Made by a program: the position numbers and the translations under genes. Positions 34,457-47,400 of a stretch of 64,000 nt of DNA are shown here, one piece after another; the first letter of the stretch is position 1; each line of letters opens with the position of its first letter. Location of the stretch: the NCBI GenBank assembly GCA_965112735.1, contig OZ218958.1, positions 2,728,001 to 2,792,000 of the forward strand, written 5' to 3'. This DNA is from Phaeosaccion multiseriatum (lineage: Eukaryota > Protista > Ochrophyta, other classes). The notes below the pieces were generated by a model that made no database searches, was not told the DNA's origin, and saw only the letters and a program-made list of their open reading frames with translations.

Positions 34457-35417
34457 CCCGATGAGGGCACGAATTTGCCTCCGCACTCAAGCAGCAGCAG
34501 CCGCGAGCACGTCTACTACTGCCAGCGGTACTGGTGCCGTCTCTTCAAACTGCGTTTCCTCAATCCCCCCCGGCTCCCCTTTGTTCAAAGGGCCGTCTTT
34601 GGGTCAGATCAAATCCCTCTTTGGGGTCTGATGACGCCAAGAAAAGCTCTTCAGCCTTCCCCCCCACACCCGACCGCCTCCCACACTTTCTCCACCACCT
34701 TCGGTAGCTGGATACCTGCGTCTGGTGCGCTGCGTCAAGACGCTCCCGTGTGCGGCTCTTCCGCTGTTGGTTCTTCTATTGGTCACGTTTCCGTGCCCCC
34801 TTGAAAAAGACCTCTCAACTTCGACCACTTGGAAACACAGTGACAACTGCGGAGGCACGCACAGGAGACCTCTCAGAGCACCGCTTATATATCCTTCTCC
34901 AACACCGTCACTCCAGTCCTCCGCTTCCTCCCTTGTTCGCACCAACGTCGATTGGCCGATTGGGGCGACTCCTACCCACCGGGGGAAGGCCTCCCAACTG
35001 AAATTCACACATGTCTGACTCCTTCCTCTCGACACTTCTCTCCTGATTTGATTTCTTTCTGTCACAATGAGGTCTACACACACGCGATACGTGCTTTGGA
35101 GAGGAAAGGGAAGAGGGGAGAATGGCCAAAAGCAAATGGGTTTACGAAAAAATAATTTGAAAAACATTTTTTTTCTTCTTTTTCCTTTCTATGAAACAAA
35201 ACTTGTTGACGGCACAAAGTGACAGGGGAGGTGGAGCGGACTACAGTCGAAAGCAGGGACCCTGGTGGAAGTGGCACGGGCCACGCACGCAGCCACGCAC
35301 CCACCCACACAGAGACCCGCCCTCATCAGTGAAGCTAAGCGGGCAGGGCAGGCCAGGAGGAGGTAGCGGAGGCAGCGCGACGACCAGTCGCCTCCCGCCT
35401 CTCCCCTCTCTCGCTCC

Positions 35418-38400
35418 TCAGCCGCTCATGCGCTTGTAGAGAGCCTCGAGCCGCTCGCACCGAGCCACGACAGCGCTCTGCTTGCCCCCCTGGGCCTTCG
35501 CTGGCCCTGGTGCTGCTGCTGCTACTGCTGCTGTATCACCAACTACTGCTGTATCTTCTCGCTTGCCCTGCTTGAGAACACGCGATGCCTCCTCCTCCTT
35601 GGCAAGGCTTCTCCTCGTCCCTCCTCCTCCTCCTCCTCCTCCTCCTCCTCCTCCTCGGCGCTTCTCCGCCTTCCTATGCCCCCTTCCCTGGCCGGCTCCA
35701 GTGGTGCTGGCACCGGCTCCTCCGTGGCGCCCACCCCCCTCCATACCACCCTTCGTCAACCCCACACCCATGTGTGTAAATAGTTGAACTCCCCTCTGCG
35801 TGGTGCGCAAAGTGAGCTCCTCTCCAACTTTCTGAATCCCCTGAAGAAGAATGGTGTCCTCACCTCCCCCCCCTCCGCCTCCTCCTCCTCCTCCTCCTCC
35901 TCCTCCTCCTCCTCCTCCTCCTCCTCCTCCCTCTTCCCGTGCCCCTCCTTCCTCCTCCTCTCCACGTGCCGATGTCGCGGCGGTCGCTGGTTCACCCTTG
36001 CCCCACAACTCGTTCTTCTCGTTGCTCTCTTCCGTGTCGCCATCGGCCTCACGCCACTTCCTTTCGCCGCTCCCCACTCCTTCTCTCCCCCCCCTCTGAT
36101 ACAAAAACTCCCCTCCTCCTCCTCCTCCTCCTGCTCCTTGGTCTTCTTCCCCTTCCTCAGACTCGTCATCATCACCACGCTCGAGCAGCAGCCCGCTCCT
36201 ACTGCTCATCCTATTTCGACCCCGTCGAAAGCGCCGAGTCAGCATGCCCAGCCCATCTCCTCCTCCTACGCCCCCCTCCTCCCCCTCACCGTCCTCTCCT
36301 CGCCCCCCCATACCCACATCCTCCAGGCGATCCCTGAGGATCCGACTCTCTCTCCTCAAGTTGTGCGCCTCCTCCTCGAGGCTCCGACACCTGCCCTCGA
36401 AGTCCCCTCTCTCCTCAAGCAACCTCTCCACCTAAGGGTTCGGGTAAGGGTAAGGGTAGTGAGGGTGAGGATGAGGGTGAGGGTGAGGGTGAGGTTTGGG
36501 TGCAAGCTGAGGGTAAAAAAGGGTTGAAAGGGTGAGGGTGAGGGGTAAGGGAGACGGTTAGGGAAGTCGTCAGGCTTAGGGTTCGGAAGAGTAGGAAGGT
36601 TCGGGCTGCCCCAGGAGCTTTCGTACCTCGTGCTGCAGCCCCTGAAGTTCCCTCTCCCTCTCCCTTTCACTCCGGCTCTGTCTCTGCTTGCTTCTCTGGC
36701 TTCTCTTACCACCCCCCTCCTCCTCCCCCTCCCTCTCTCCCTTTCCCTTGCCCCTCTCTCTCTTCCACCTGGCCGTTGCGTGCTTATCCTTGGCAACCTT
36801 GGCCATCGCCTTGCTCTCTCTCTTCCTCCTCTCCGTTGCGCCCTTACGCCTATCCAGCTCCTCAGCGGTGGCGGCACGGAGCGATTGCTCTCGCTCTTCG
36901 GCCTCTACAGCCCTCCTTAGCATTTCCTTGCTCGCCTTTCGCAGCGCCGATGCTACTTCCTGCGCCCTTCGTTCCTTCGCCTTCCACTCGCTCGCCTGTC
37001 ATCGACGACACATGCGCAGGGGGGCAGGCAAAGGGGCAGGGGGAGGGGCGTTAGGCAGCCATCATGCATCCCCGTTCTACGGGATTACGGTAGACACCGC
37101 ACCGCGGCAAAAGTAAAACGCTAGACAAGATTAAAAGGAAGGAAAGGCAAGGCAAGAAAGCAAGCAAAACAGATTTTTGACAATGACACCTCGCATCGTA
37201 CCTGACGCTGCAGACTGGACAGAGCCGCCTGAGTACGCACCAAATCCTTCTTGAGTGCCGCCATGCCCGCCCCTGCTCCAAGCAACTCCCTATCCTCCTC
37301 CTCCCCCCCCTCCTCTTCCTGCTGCTGCTTCGACTTTGTCGCTCTACCCACGCTGCACACCCCAACCCCCGCCCAACCCCCCGCCCCCGTCGCAGCAGAC
37401 CGCTTCTGCTGCTCTCTCTGCTCCTTCTGCTGTATCACCAACTGCTGGTGCTGCTGCTGCAGCTGTCGCAGATGCCCTACCTCTTGAGCGCTTTCCTTGA
37501 GCTGACTTCTCAACACGCTAACCTGGTACTCCAGCTCCCTTATCGTTCTCCTCTGCCCCTCCATACGTAGTTTGCACTGTTCGTTCTCCGCCACCAAGCT
37601 TCTACCGCCCTTGGCCCCGACCCCGGCCCCTGCTACTTGCACGACGCTGCTGCTACCTTCGCCCCCCGCCGCAGCAGAGGGCATGAAAGCAACACCTGCC
37701 CCCGTGCTAGTGCTTTGTGAGCCTGCGATGAAGCGTGTGGGTGCGGGTGCGCCACTGCTGTTGTTGGTGTTGGCGCCGTTGCAATTCTCGGCCAAGGCGT
37801 TGGTGTTGGTGGTACGAAAGTGCTTGGTGGGGAGTGCGTAGGAGGGAACTGCGCCCGCCTCAGACAAAAACACACCCATGGCCGCCTGCTGATGCTGCTG
37901 CTGCGAGGACTTTGCAAGTCTTCGCTTTGATCTCTTGAAGGGCCGAACCCTTGTTCCTGGCGCGCTCCTCTCCCGTGGTCTCGGCGGGGGCGGTGGTGCC
38001 CGTGGACTGCCATCTCGGCCCCACCTGCCGCTGCCGCCCCGATCCCTCCTCTCAGATCTCCCAGCCCTCCCACCACCCCTTCTTTCATCGCCGACGCCTT
38101 CGCCCTGGTTCTCCTCCTCGTCCTCCTCCTGGGTCTCACTTGACCCACACGACGTGGTGGTGGAGGAGGTGGAGGGGGAGGAGGAGCGAGTCTCACTTCG
38201 GAAACCTTTGCTGCCGGTGCCGCGGCGCCCCCTCTCTCGCTCTTCATCCTCTCGAGTTCTGTCCGCAAACTCTTCCTCCAGGTGTCTAATACGCTCATCT
38301 ATACTGAGGGCATCCTCTCCCTCTTCCACCACCGGTGGCATCACCGCCGAGCCAGCCTTATTGGCGCGTCGGTGCCCAAGAGGGGAGCCCGGCCCTCCCT

Positions 38401-39269
38401 TTCCTCCACCTCCTTCCGCAGTCACAACAGCAAGAGAGTCCAGCTCTCGCGCAGCCTTGCGCCTGTAGTGCGCGATGAAGGAAAGCAAGGTACCCCGCTC
38501 TCCGTCGAAGGGGCCCACCCCTGTCGAGAGCATGTAACCACCTTCATCGTCAACGCTATCCTCCTCCTGAATGCGGCGGAGGAAGCTGCGATGGCAAGAC
38601 AGCGACGACAAACAAGCAATGCTGTTAAGAGCGCGCTCACCACCGCTGCCTCTAATATCTGATGTCTGTCTTCCCCCCCCCGAACAAGAAAAACTCACCT
38701 ATCTGTGGTAGCGTTGTTCTTCTCCATTTCGGCCGACCTAGGGTTCTCAGCGAGTCCACGAAAAAGCCTCTCTGTGGCATCTTTGTTGTGCCTGGTCCTG
38801 ATGACATCTTTATCACGCGACCAATCCAAGTTGCCGTTGCCATTATTTAGAATGGACGTTAAGAACAACGCATCCTCCTCGTCTTCAGAGGTAGTAGCAG
38901 CCGCGCCACTTCCATCCTCTCCTTCAGAATATGCTCCGGCCACTGCATGAGAGAACATGCCTTGGTGCTCCTCGAGATGACTATCATCAGGCGGAGGGTG
39001 GAGGCCGGGAGGGAGGCAGAGGGGAAAAGGCTGCTGGGAGGCCCAAAACACCACCTCTTGCCCCGGAACCAAGGTTCAATGAGGACAGAGAGATTGTTGC
39101 AATACCACTGAGAACGCTGGACAGCGCTCTCTCTCCTCTCTCTGCTGTATTTCACTGGAAGGGTAGTTGCACACAAGTTGGGGGCGGAAAAAAGCCTATG
39201 GGCCAGATTTGGCGGCAGCCAATTTCGTAGCCCCCCGGGGCTATGGCCGACAGTTGAATCGTCTTCCAA
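35418..39269 (-). CDS. Hypothetical low-complexity coiled-coil protein, spliced; start uncertain
   Basis: Long open exons (~39060-38697, ~38580-37202, ~36995-36627, 36431-35418) with GT/AG borders and heptad-rich segments (ENEQCKLRMEGQRRTIRELEYQVSVLRSQLKE). Confidence 0.55.
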
Positions 39270-39430
39270 AGGGGAAAAGGGGGGAGAGGAGCAATTGTCT
39301 CCTTCTCCGGTGCAATGCTACGGACGCCATGAAGTGTGACGGGCGTACGTTCCTCATGCTCGGGTTACACGCCGAGAGGCTGTAGGACCGGAGAGAAGCT
39401 GAGATACAGGTCTTGCTGGCAGGTACTTCC

Positions 39431-42400
39431 ATGGAGGCGGGTGAGGCGGGTGAGTTGCCAGGAGGGCAGCTCGGGCAAGGCGGCGATGCAGGTGGCAAGG
39501 AAGGCGTGGGGGAAAACGCGGGGCTGGGTGGCCACCAAAGAACGGGTTCCCGCCTTCGGGCGCTCCTCAGTCCGAGGAGCAACAGCAGCAGGAGCAAATC
39601 ACCCACACCTTGTGCGAGTACGGACACCATGGAGTACAGAGAGGAGATGCAGAAGTATGGGGATGGGGCTAACCGAATAGAAGGAGCAAAAGCAGCCCAA
39701 TTACAGTATCAGCCCGGACTGGAGAAGGAGGAGGTGCAGGGGAAACACAAGAGGTCAGTGTTTTTTTTCTACTTGTTTTTACTTGGACTGATGGCGAAGA
39801 GGAATTGCAAGGGGAAGGACTGCGGGGGAGCATTGTAGTCTGCAGCTCATCCAATCCCGGTCATACTTTCCCCTACTCTGCAGCTCATCCCTCCCGGCCA
39901 TCTCTTCTCCTACTGCCCTCGTTCCGCCCCTGCTTCGTCGCAGGGCATTCTCGCTCTCTCTGAGAGGGACCCGGAAGCGCAGCCTGAAGAGAAGCGGGAG
40001 CAATATGGGGGGTGGAGGAGGAGAAGAAGGCGAGAAAGAAAGTGAGGGAGACCTCTCCGCGAGCCCCTCTCCCTCTCCCTCTCCTTCCCCATATGGCTCT
40101 CCCCGGAGCAACAATGTCAGCAGCGGCAACAGCGGCAGCCATCCCACGCATAGCATCATTCACGGTACTGGGGGCCTTGTAGCACAAGACGAGGGTGACG
40201 ATGTAACGTCTTCACTGCAGCCCAAGCATCAGAGACGCGACAGTGGGAGCAATGTGCTGGGCCGATTAAGGCAATCGCTTTCCCCCTCTCCTTCTCCCCA
40301 TGGCTCTCCCCGGCACAGCACCGTCAGCAGCAGTAGCCATATCAGGCATAGCACGATCAGCTATGGGGGTAGGGTAGTGCACGCATCGATGGCACCAGAC
40401 GGGGGTGAAGATGTGAGGCCTTCCCTGCAGCCCAACCATCAGAGGAATCGCAGTGGGAGGAATGCATTGGGCCGATTAAGGCGATCGCTTTCCCCCTCTC
40501 CTTCTCCGCATGGCTCTCCCCGGAACAGCACCGTAGTGCACGCATCGATGGCAGTAGACGGAGGTGATGATACGAGGCCTTCCCTGCAGCCCAAGCATCA
40601 GAGGAGCCGCAGTGGGAGCAATGTGTTGGGCCGATTGAGGTCGCTCTCTCCTTTGAGTAGAAAGAGCAACGAGCTTCCTTCTTTGGGCGCTTCGGTGGGA
40701 GGTGCTAACGTACCACAAGCTGCTGGCACGGGGGCAGATGCTAGGACACAGCTTGAGACAGGAGCAGGGGCAGGGGCTGCGTCTCCCACCCTTTCCTCTC
40801 CCTCTCCTCCTCGAGCTGCTGCTGCGACCGAAGAAGCCATGGTCGCGTTGGCGGGTCGGAGGAGCAGCAGTAGTAGCAGTAGTGGTAGCAGGAGCAATGG
40901 GGGGAGGAGTGGGAGGAGTAGAGATGATGAGAGCAGCGACGGGGATGATTTCGCAATGCCTAGAGACGCAGATGGCGACGATGAGGAGGAGGTGCAACTC
41001 GGCACGTTTGAGGATGGAGAGGCGTGGAAAGTGAGCCGGGTTATCAGGAGCCCCGGAAGGGTACTCAGCAGCGATGAGGAGGAGGGTGAGAAACGACAAG
41101 CGAGCAACAACAACAACAACAACAAGGTAGACAAGCGCGCAAAGACATCTGAAGGCAACGGACACGAGGACCACGGCAGCGACGAGGACCAACAGCAGCA
41201 GTTGGTGGTACAGCAACAGCAACAGCAGCAGCATCAGCAACAGCAGCGGGGCCGCACGGAGAAAAGGAGGGGCATGATTACAACGCGGCGAAGTGACGAA
41301 GAAAGTGCGCCCCCCATCTCTTCGGAGCGCCACAATTTCCCTCCTTCTTCCAGCCACAATTTCCCTCCTTCTTCCAGCCACAATTTCCCTCCTTCGTCGC
41401 CTCCGACTGTGGCGCCACCGGTGGCGCCCACGGAAGGTGATGTGCCGCCACCACCCGTAGCAGCAGCAGCACCATCAGCAGCAGTAGGAGTTGGTGATAT
41501 AGTAGCAGTTGGCTACTCTTCCCTTCCTCCTACGCCAGCCGGACCTCCTACTGTTGCTGCTGCTACTGCGACCAGACAAGCCATGGTGGCGAGGACTCCT
41601 CGGAGTAGTAGTAGTAGCAGTAGCAGTAGCAATAGCAGTGGGGGGAGGAGGGGGATGAGTGGTGATGAGAGCAGCGATGGAGACGAATTCTCTATGCCGC
41701 GAGACAGTGACGATGAGGAGGTGCAACTGGGCACGTTTGTAGGTATAGCAGCAGCGGCAGCAGGAGGGGGTGGAGGAGAGGGAGGAGGAGGAGGAGGAGG
41801 AGGAGGAGGAGGAGGAGGAGGAGGAGGAGGGGGTGGTGGAGGAGGGGGAGAAGGAGGAGCACCAGCAGCAATAGGAGCAGAGGGGGGGAGAGGAGGAGCG
41901 GGAGGAAAAAGGGAAGAAGATTCCGTGGTCGCAGCGGCGGCTTTGTCCGGCGCGAAAGTGTCGAAGGCAAAGGCAATAGACCTCGTTACTCCTCCTGATA
42001 ATCCCGCTGCTCCTTCTGAGAGGCCGGAGAGGGAAGAGGAACCAATGGCTCCAGAGAGGGAGGGAGGAAAGCCAAGGCCGTCTACTACCGAGAAAGATGC
42101 GGCAAGCGACGGGGGGAGTGGGGGCGGCGAGGTGGGCGTGGGGAGCTCTTCTTCTCCTCCTGCTGCTGCTGCTGCTGCTGCTGCTGATGCTGACTTGGAG
42201 GAGCATCACGAGGCTGCTGTATCACCAACTGGTGGTGGTAGTGGTGGTGGAGGAGGGGAAGGAGGCGAGGTGGTGACGCAGCGGAGCTCTCCCTCTCAGG
42301 GGGGAGAGGCAGGTGCCGCAGGTGTAGTAGTCGATGATACTGCAGCAGCAGCAGCAACAGCAGCAGTAGCAGGTGCAGCAGGAGCGTCACAGTCGCAGAA

Positions 42401-44423
42401 GAAGGAGGAGAAGAAGAAGAAGAGGGCTCTGGGGAGACTCAGGGGCCTGACACCACTGACACCGCCGCGGCCACGAGGGGCACAGGAGGCAAAGGAGGAG
42501 GATACGGAGAAGGAGTTTAAGGGTGGGGCGAAGGAGGAAGTAAATGAGGAGGAGGAGGAGGAGGAGGAGGAGGAGGAGGAGGAGGAGGAGGAGGAGGAGC
42601 AGGAGCAAAAGGAGGAGGAAGAGGGGAATAAGGATATGAAGGAGAAGGAGGAGCAGCAGGAGGAGGAGGAGGAGGAGGCGAAGAAGGAGGCGGAGGAGCA
42701 GGATACGAAGGAGGAGGTGAAGGCTGAGCAAACAAAACACATACAAGAGGGAGAGAAGGAAGATCATCCGCACCAGCAGGGGCGGTGGGGAGAGGGACAC
42801 ATGGGAAGGGGTCCCAATCAGAGATCCGCGGAGGAGCGGCAGCCTGAGAAGCAGCAAGAGCAGCAGGAGGAGGGGCAAGGAGGAGGCGGGGGCCAAGGGG
42901 AGACGGCAGCGGCAGTTCCTCTCCACGGGGTCTCTCCTACTGGGGGGGTCTCTACTCCCGGGGTGGATGTGACGAAGGTGAAGAAGGTCGGGCCTCTCGG
43001 CAGGTTGAAGCGCTCCCTCTCACCGAGGAGCAGGAGCAAGAGCAAGAGTAAGGGTGAAAGGGAGGAGAAGAAGGCAGCTGAGGAGGAGGAGGAGGAGGAG
43101 GAGAGGGGGGAGAAGGAGGAGGAGGAGGAGGAGGAGGAGGAGGAGGAGGAGGAGGAGGAGAAGAGGGGGCAGAGGGGAGTTGCTGTTGACGCATCGTTCT
43201 CTGTGAACGAGGATTTGGTGCCGAAAGAAGGAGGAGGGACCACACCATCAGTGACAGTGCGAGAGGAGATGGACGAGGACGGTAGCCCAGCAACAGATGA
43301 AGAAACAGCACGCGGTCATGGAGTCGCGTCTGAATCTCCATCTGCTGCCGTTGATGATACAACAGCAACAACGGCAGCAGCAGCAGCAGCAGCAGCAGGA
43401 GGAGGAGGAGGAGGAGGAGGAGGAGGCGGCGGCGATAAGACAGTTCCAACAGCGACGACAACGCGAACTATCAAACGGCGCGGCAGCGGCGTTCGGATAC
43501 GCCCCATTCCCTCTTCGTCCTCCCTGCTGCTGCCAGGAGAGGAATCCCACCGCGCAATGCCGAGCAAGAGCACCACCGCCTCCAGCAGCAGTAACAGCGT
43601 CACCAGCGTCACCAGCATCACCAGTATGAACAGCAAAGGTGAAGGCCTCGGTAGGCGTAGAAGTAGGAGTGGCAGCAGCGGCAGTATCACCAGCCGGGGT
43701 CGCAGGAGTAGAAGTGGCAGCAGCAGCCGAGGCAGCAGCGCCCCTCCCGGCGGTTCTGGCGGTCTTGGCAGGGGTGACCGACGCGGCAGTCGTCTGACTG
43801 TCGTGCCCATCCCTTCCTCATTGCCATTGCCGCTGGCAGGATGTGCGGCAGAGGAGGAGAGCGACAAGGGGCGAGAAGAAGAAGGAGGAGGAGGAGGAGG
43901 AGGAGGAGGAGGAGGAGGAGGAGGAGGAGGAGGAGGAGGAGGAGGAGGAGGAGGAGAAGGAGAAGGAGAAGGAGAAGGAGAAGGAACATCGCTTGAGGCC
44001 GAAGCTTCTGCCGTGGCGAGGGAGGCAGGCAGGGACATTGACATGGGCAAGAGCAAAGACATCGACACGGATGGGGGTATGGGGGAAGGCGAGGTTGGGG
44101 ATGCGATGACACATTCATGTGTTGTGACGGGTGCCATCTCGGGTGGGACGAAGGCGAAGAAGGCGGGGCAAGCAATCGCCTCCTCCCTGTCCTCGTCCTC
44201 CAACACCAAACGAGTCCCTACCTCTACCTCCTCCTCCCTCTCCTCCTCCATCACCACGGCAGTGGAGTTCGACTCATCGAGAGAGGAGGAGGAGGGAGAA
44301 GGAAGGGGCGTTCTTCCTGTCGCCAAGAGCAATAGCATCAAAAACAGCGTCGGTAGTGAGAACAGTAGCGGCAGCAAGAGGAGCGGGGGTCTCCTTCTAC
44401 TCGCCAAGAGCAACCGCATCAAG

Positions 44424-44456
<33 letters not shown>

Positions 44457-47400
44457 GGCGGTCTCAAGGGATGCGGTGAGGGGCTCTACACGGACTGTGG
44501 CGACGACGTCCTGACACCCTGTACAACCAACATGTCCCCCGCTGGGGATGGTGACCTTCTTGGTGGGGGACTCTCGCCTTCTTCCTCGGCGGGAGACATG
44601 CTGGGTGTACAGGGAGGAGGAGAGGGAGGGGGAGACAGAGGGAGGGGATACGTGATGGCTTCCCCACCACAGAGGGAGAAAGGGAGATCGAGTAGATCGG
44701 GGTCTCCATCACGCTTCTCAAAGCTCAAGAATATGATGAAGCGCAGCAAGAAGGGAGGGGCTACGAAGCAGGAGCATCTCGAGGACAATGAGGGGAGGAA
44801 GGAGGAGGAGGAGGAGAAGAAGAAGGAGGGGGGAGAGGAGGAAGAGACAGATGCCTCCGGTCTGACTAATTCATTGAAGGTCCCCACTGCAGAGGATGAT
44901 GATGATGATGAGGAGGAGGAGACGAAGGAGGAGGAGGAGGAGGAGGGGGGGGGAAGTGGTGAAGATGATGACGACTTCGCTTCGGTGGCCTCTTCGTTCG
45001 CCTCTGTAGAAAGCCGCGACTCGGAGCTGGAGGATGAGCTTCACCACCTTTCCGGAAACAGAGAAGTAGGAGGGGAGAGAGGGAAGGGGTGGGGCTACGA
45101 GGAGGGGGAGGGGGACGGGGTACAAGTTCAAAGAGAAGGAGGACGAGGAGGAGGAGGAAGGGGCATGGCAGGGACAGGATGGGAGAGCAGGATCAGCAAC
45201 GAGGACAGCGATGGCTCGCCGTACGATGCCCTTGCCGACGATGAGGTCTTGGATCAGCTCGAGCTTCTGGAGAAGGAGGAGGAGGCAGGAGAAGGAGGAG
45301 GAGGAGGAGGAGGAGGAGGAGGAGGAGGAGGAGGAGGAGGAGGAGGAGGGGGAGGAGGAGGAGGAGGAGGAGGAGGAGACAGAGGGCAGAAAGGAGGAGG
45401 AGTGGGAGCAAGAGGTACGGAGGGTCATCAACGAGGTGGGGCGGGAGGGAAGAAGGCGAAGGGGAAGAAGAAGGGAGCGTCTGGGGCGTCCGGGGTGTCA
45501 GGACAAGGGGGTGGGGGCCGGGCTGAGGAGCCTCTGTACGAGCGCTTGTACAATGACACGTGGAGGGCCGCTAAGAAGCGGGAGGAGGCGGAGAGGGCAC
45601 AGGAGAGCGAGAGGCGATTCCTGGCGAGCGGGGTGTCCAACATGGCGCTCCGTAGTCGTCAGCTGTTGGAGGAGAGGGGCATGCTGGAGGTGGACGAAGA
45701 GGAGGAACGCTTCCACTACCTGACTCAGCAGCAGTTGGCGAGACAGCAGCAGCAGCAGCAACAGCAGTTGGTGATACAGCAGCAGCAGCAGGGAGTCGAG
45801 ACACCTGTGGGAGGTTGGGACGGTGGTGGAGGGGGTGGAGGTGGAGGTGGAGGTGGGGGTGGTTATGGCGACGACTTGTATCATCAGAACGAGGCCGGCT
45901 GGGGCACAGATTGGGGGCAGGAATACCCCGACCACCAACCCATTGCCACCGCATTTGCTGATACAGCTGCCACATTCACAGGGCCCAGCCACGGAGGAGT
46001 CGGAGGACCCTTTGGTGGTGGAGGTGATGGTGCGCCCCTGGGGAGAACCATCGCGTCGCACCAAGCAGAGGGGCAGCGGAGGCGGCAGCGGCAGCGCTAT
46101 TTGCACGACCTGCAGGATCATGATCCACAGCAGTTGGTGATACAGCAGGGGCTCCATGATGGCCAGTTGGGGATACAGCAGCAGAGGTTGAGCAATCATG
46201 AGAGCTATCTGCGCGAGCAACGAAGGCCGCACATGGCTGTGTGGGACCGACTTCATGGGGAGAAGGCGCGAAAGCAGAGGGAACTACTACAGACTGGCGA
46301 CAACGGCTTGTCGTATGCAGGGGAGGAGGGGGGCGGCTTGCTGTATGACCAACACACGGGTCAACCTCTGTTCCAGCCTCAGATTTCCAGACGCAGTGCC
46401 GCGCTCGTGGGTAAGTGGCACAGGCTGAGTGTGACTCGAAGTGACGCTCTGCTACTACTACTCTGTCACTCTGTCACTCTGTAACTGTCACTCTGTCACT
46501 CTGTAACTGTCACTCTGTCACTCGCCCTTTGTGTGTGCGCGCGTGCATGTGTGCGTGAGTACGTGGGTGCGTAGAAGTAAGAAGTGTCTTTTCTCACCTT
46601 TTGCCCATCTCCTCCTCCCCCTCCTCCTCCCCCTCCTCCTCCTCCTCCCTCTCCTCCTCCTCCCCTCCCCTCCCTCTCCCACCCCTCCCCCCCCCCACCC
46701 CTTCTAGGCGAGAGAGAGGGAGGAGCAGCCGCCGCGGGCCATCGACTCTGGCTAGAGGCAATGACCAAACTCGAGCGAGAGGAGGAGCTACAAGACCGTC
46801 TCTGGGCAGTCGCCAAGAGTAATTCCGACCAAGCATCCATCGGCAGAAACCGACCCCCAGGGACGACCAGAATCCTAGCCAAGAAGCTCCGAACACGCCT
46901 GGAGAAGTGCTTTAAGACAGTGGATCGACATGGGTTGGGGTTCGTGCAGCTGTCGGGGTTGGAAAGGGTTTTGGATGGTGTTACTGTCATTTCTGCCTTT
47001 ACGAAGCCGGAGACGAGAGCGGTGGTGCTGCGACGGTTATGGGGTTTTTTGGCGGGGAAAGTGCAAGTGAAACGTCGGGAGGAGGAGGAGGAGGAGGGGG
47101 GGCATGCGGTGGCGCAGAAGCAGGATGATCGGCTAAAGAGGGAGGAGAGGAAGAGCGGTGGTGGCCACATGGAGACGCAGGGAATCAAACTCGAGCCTCT
47201 GGCAGACCTGCTCACGAGTGCATTGTTTCCATGGCAGTACCACTATGGGCCGCGGGCGCAGGTACAGGACTACCACCAGCAGCAGCAGCTCCTCTTGCTC
47301 AAGGGGCTGGGGGTGGTTCAGGACACACCCCCTCGTCAGGGGACGAGCCGGAGTGAGGAGACAGGGAGTGCGGGGGTAAGGGGGAGTAGTGGGATGGCGG

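Noticed and set aside
39839-39890. Duplicated acceptor tctgcag|ctcatcc 38 bp apart
   Set aside because: Only the second is in frame. Without transcript data it is just a small local duplication.
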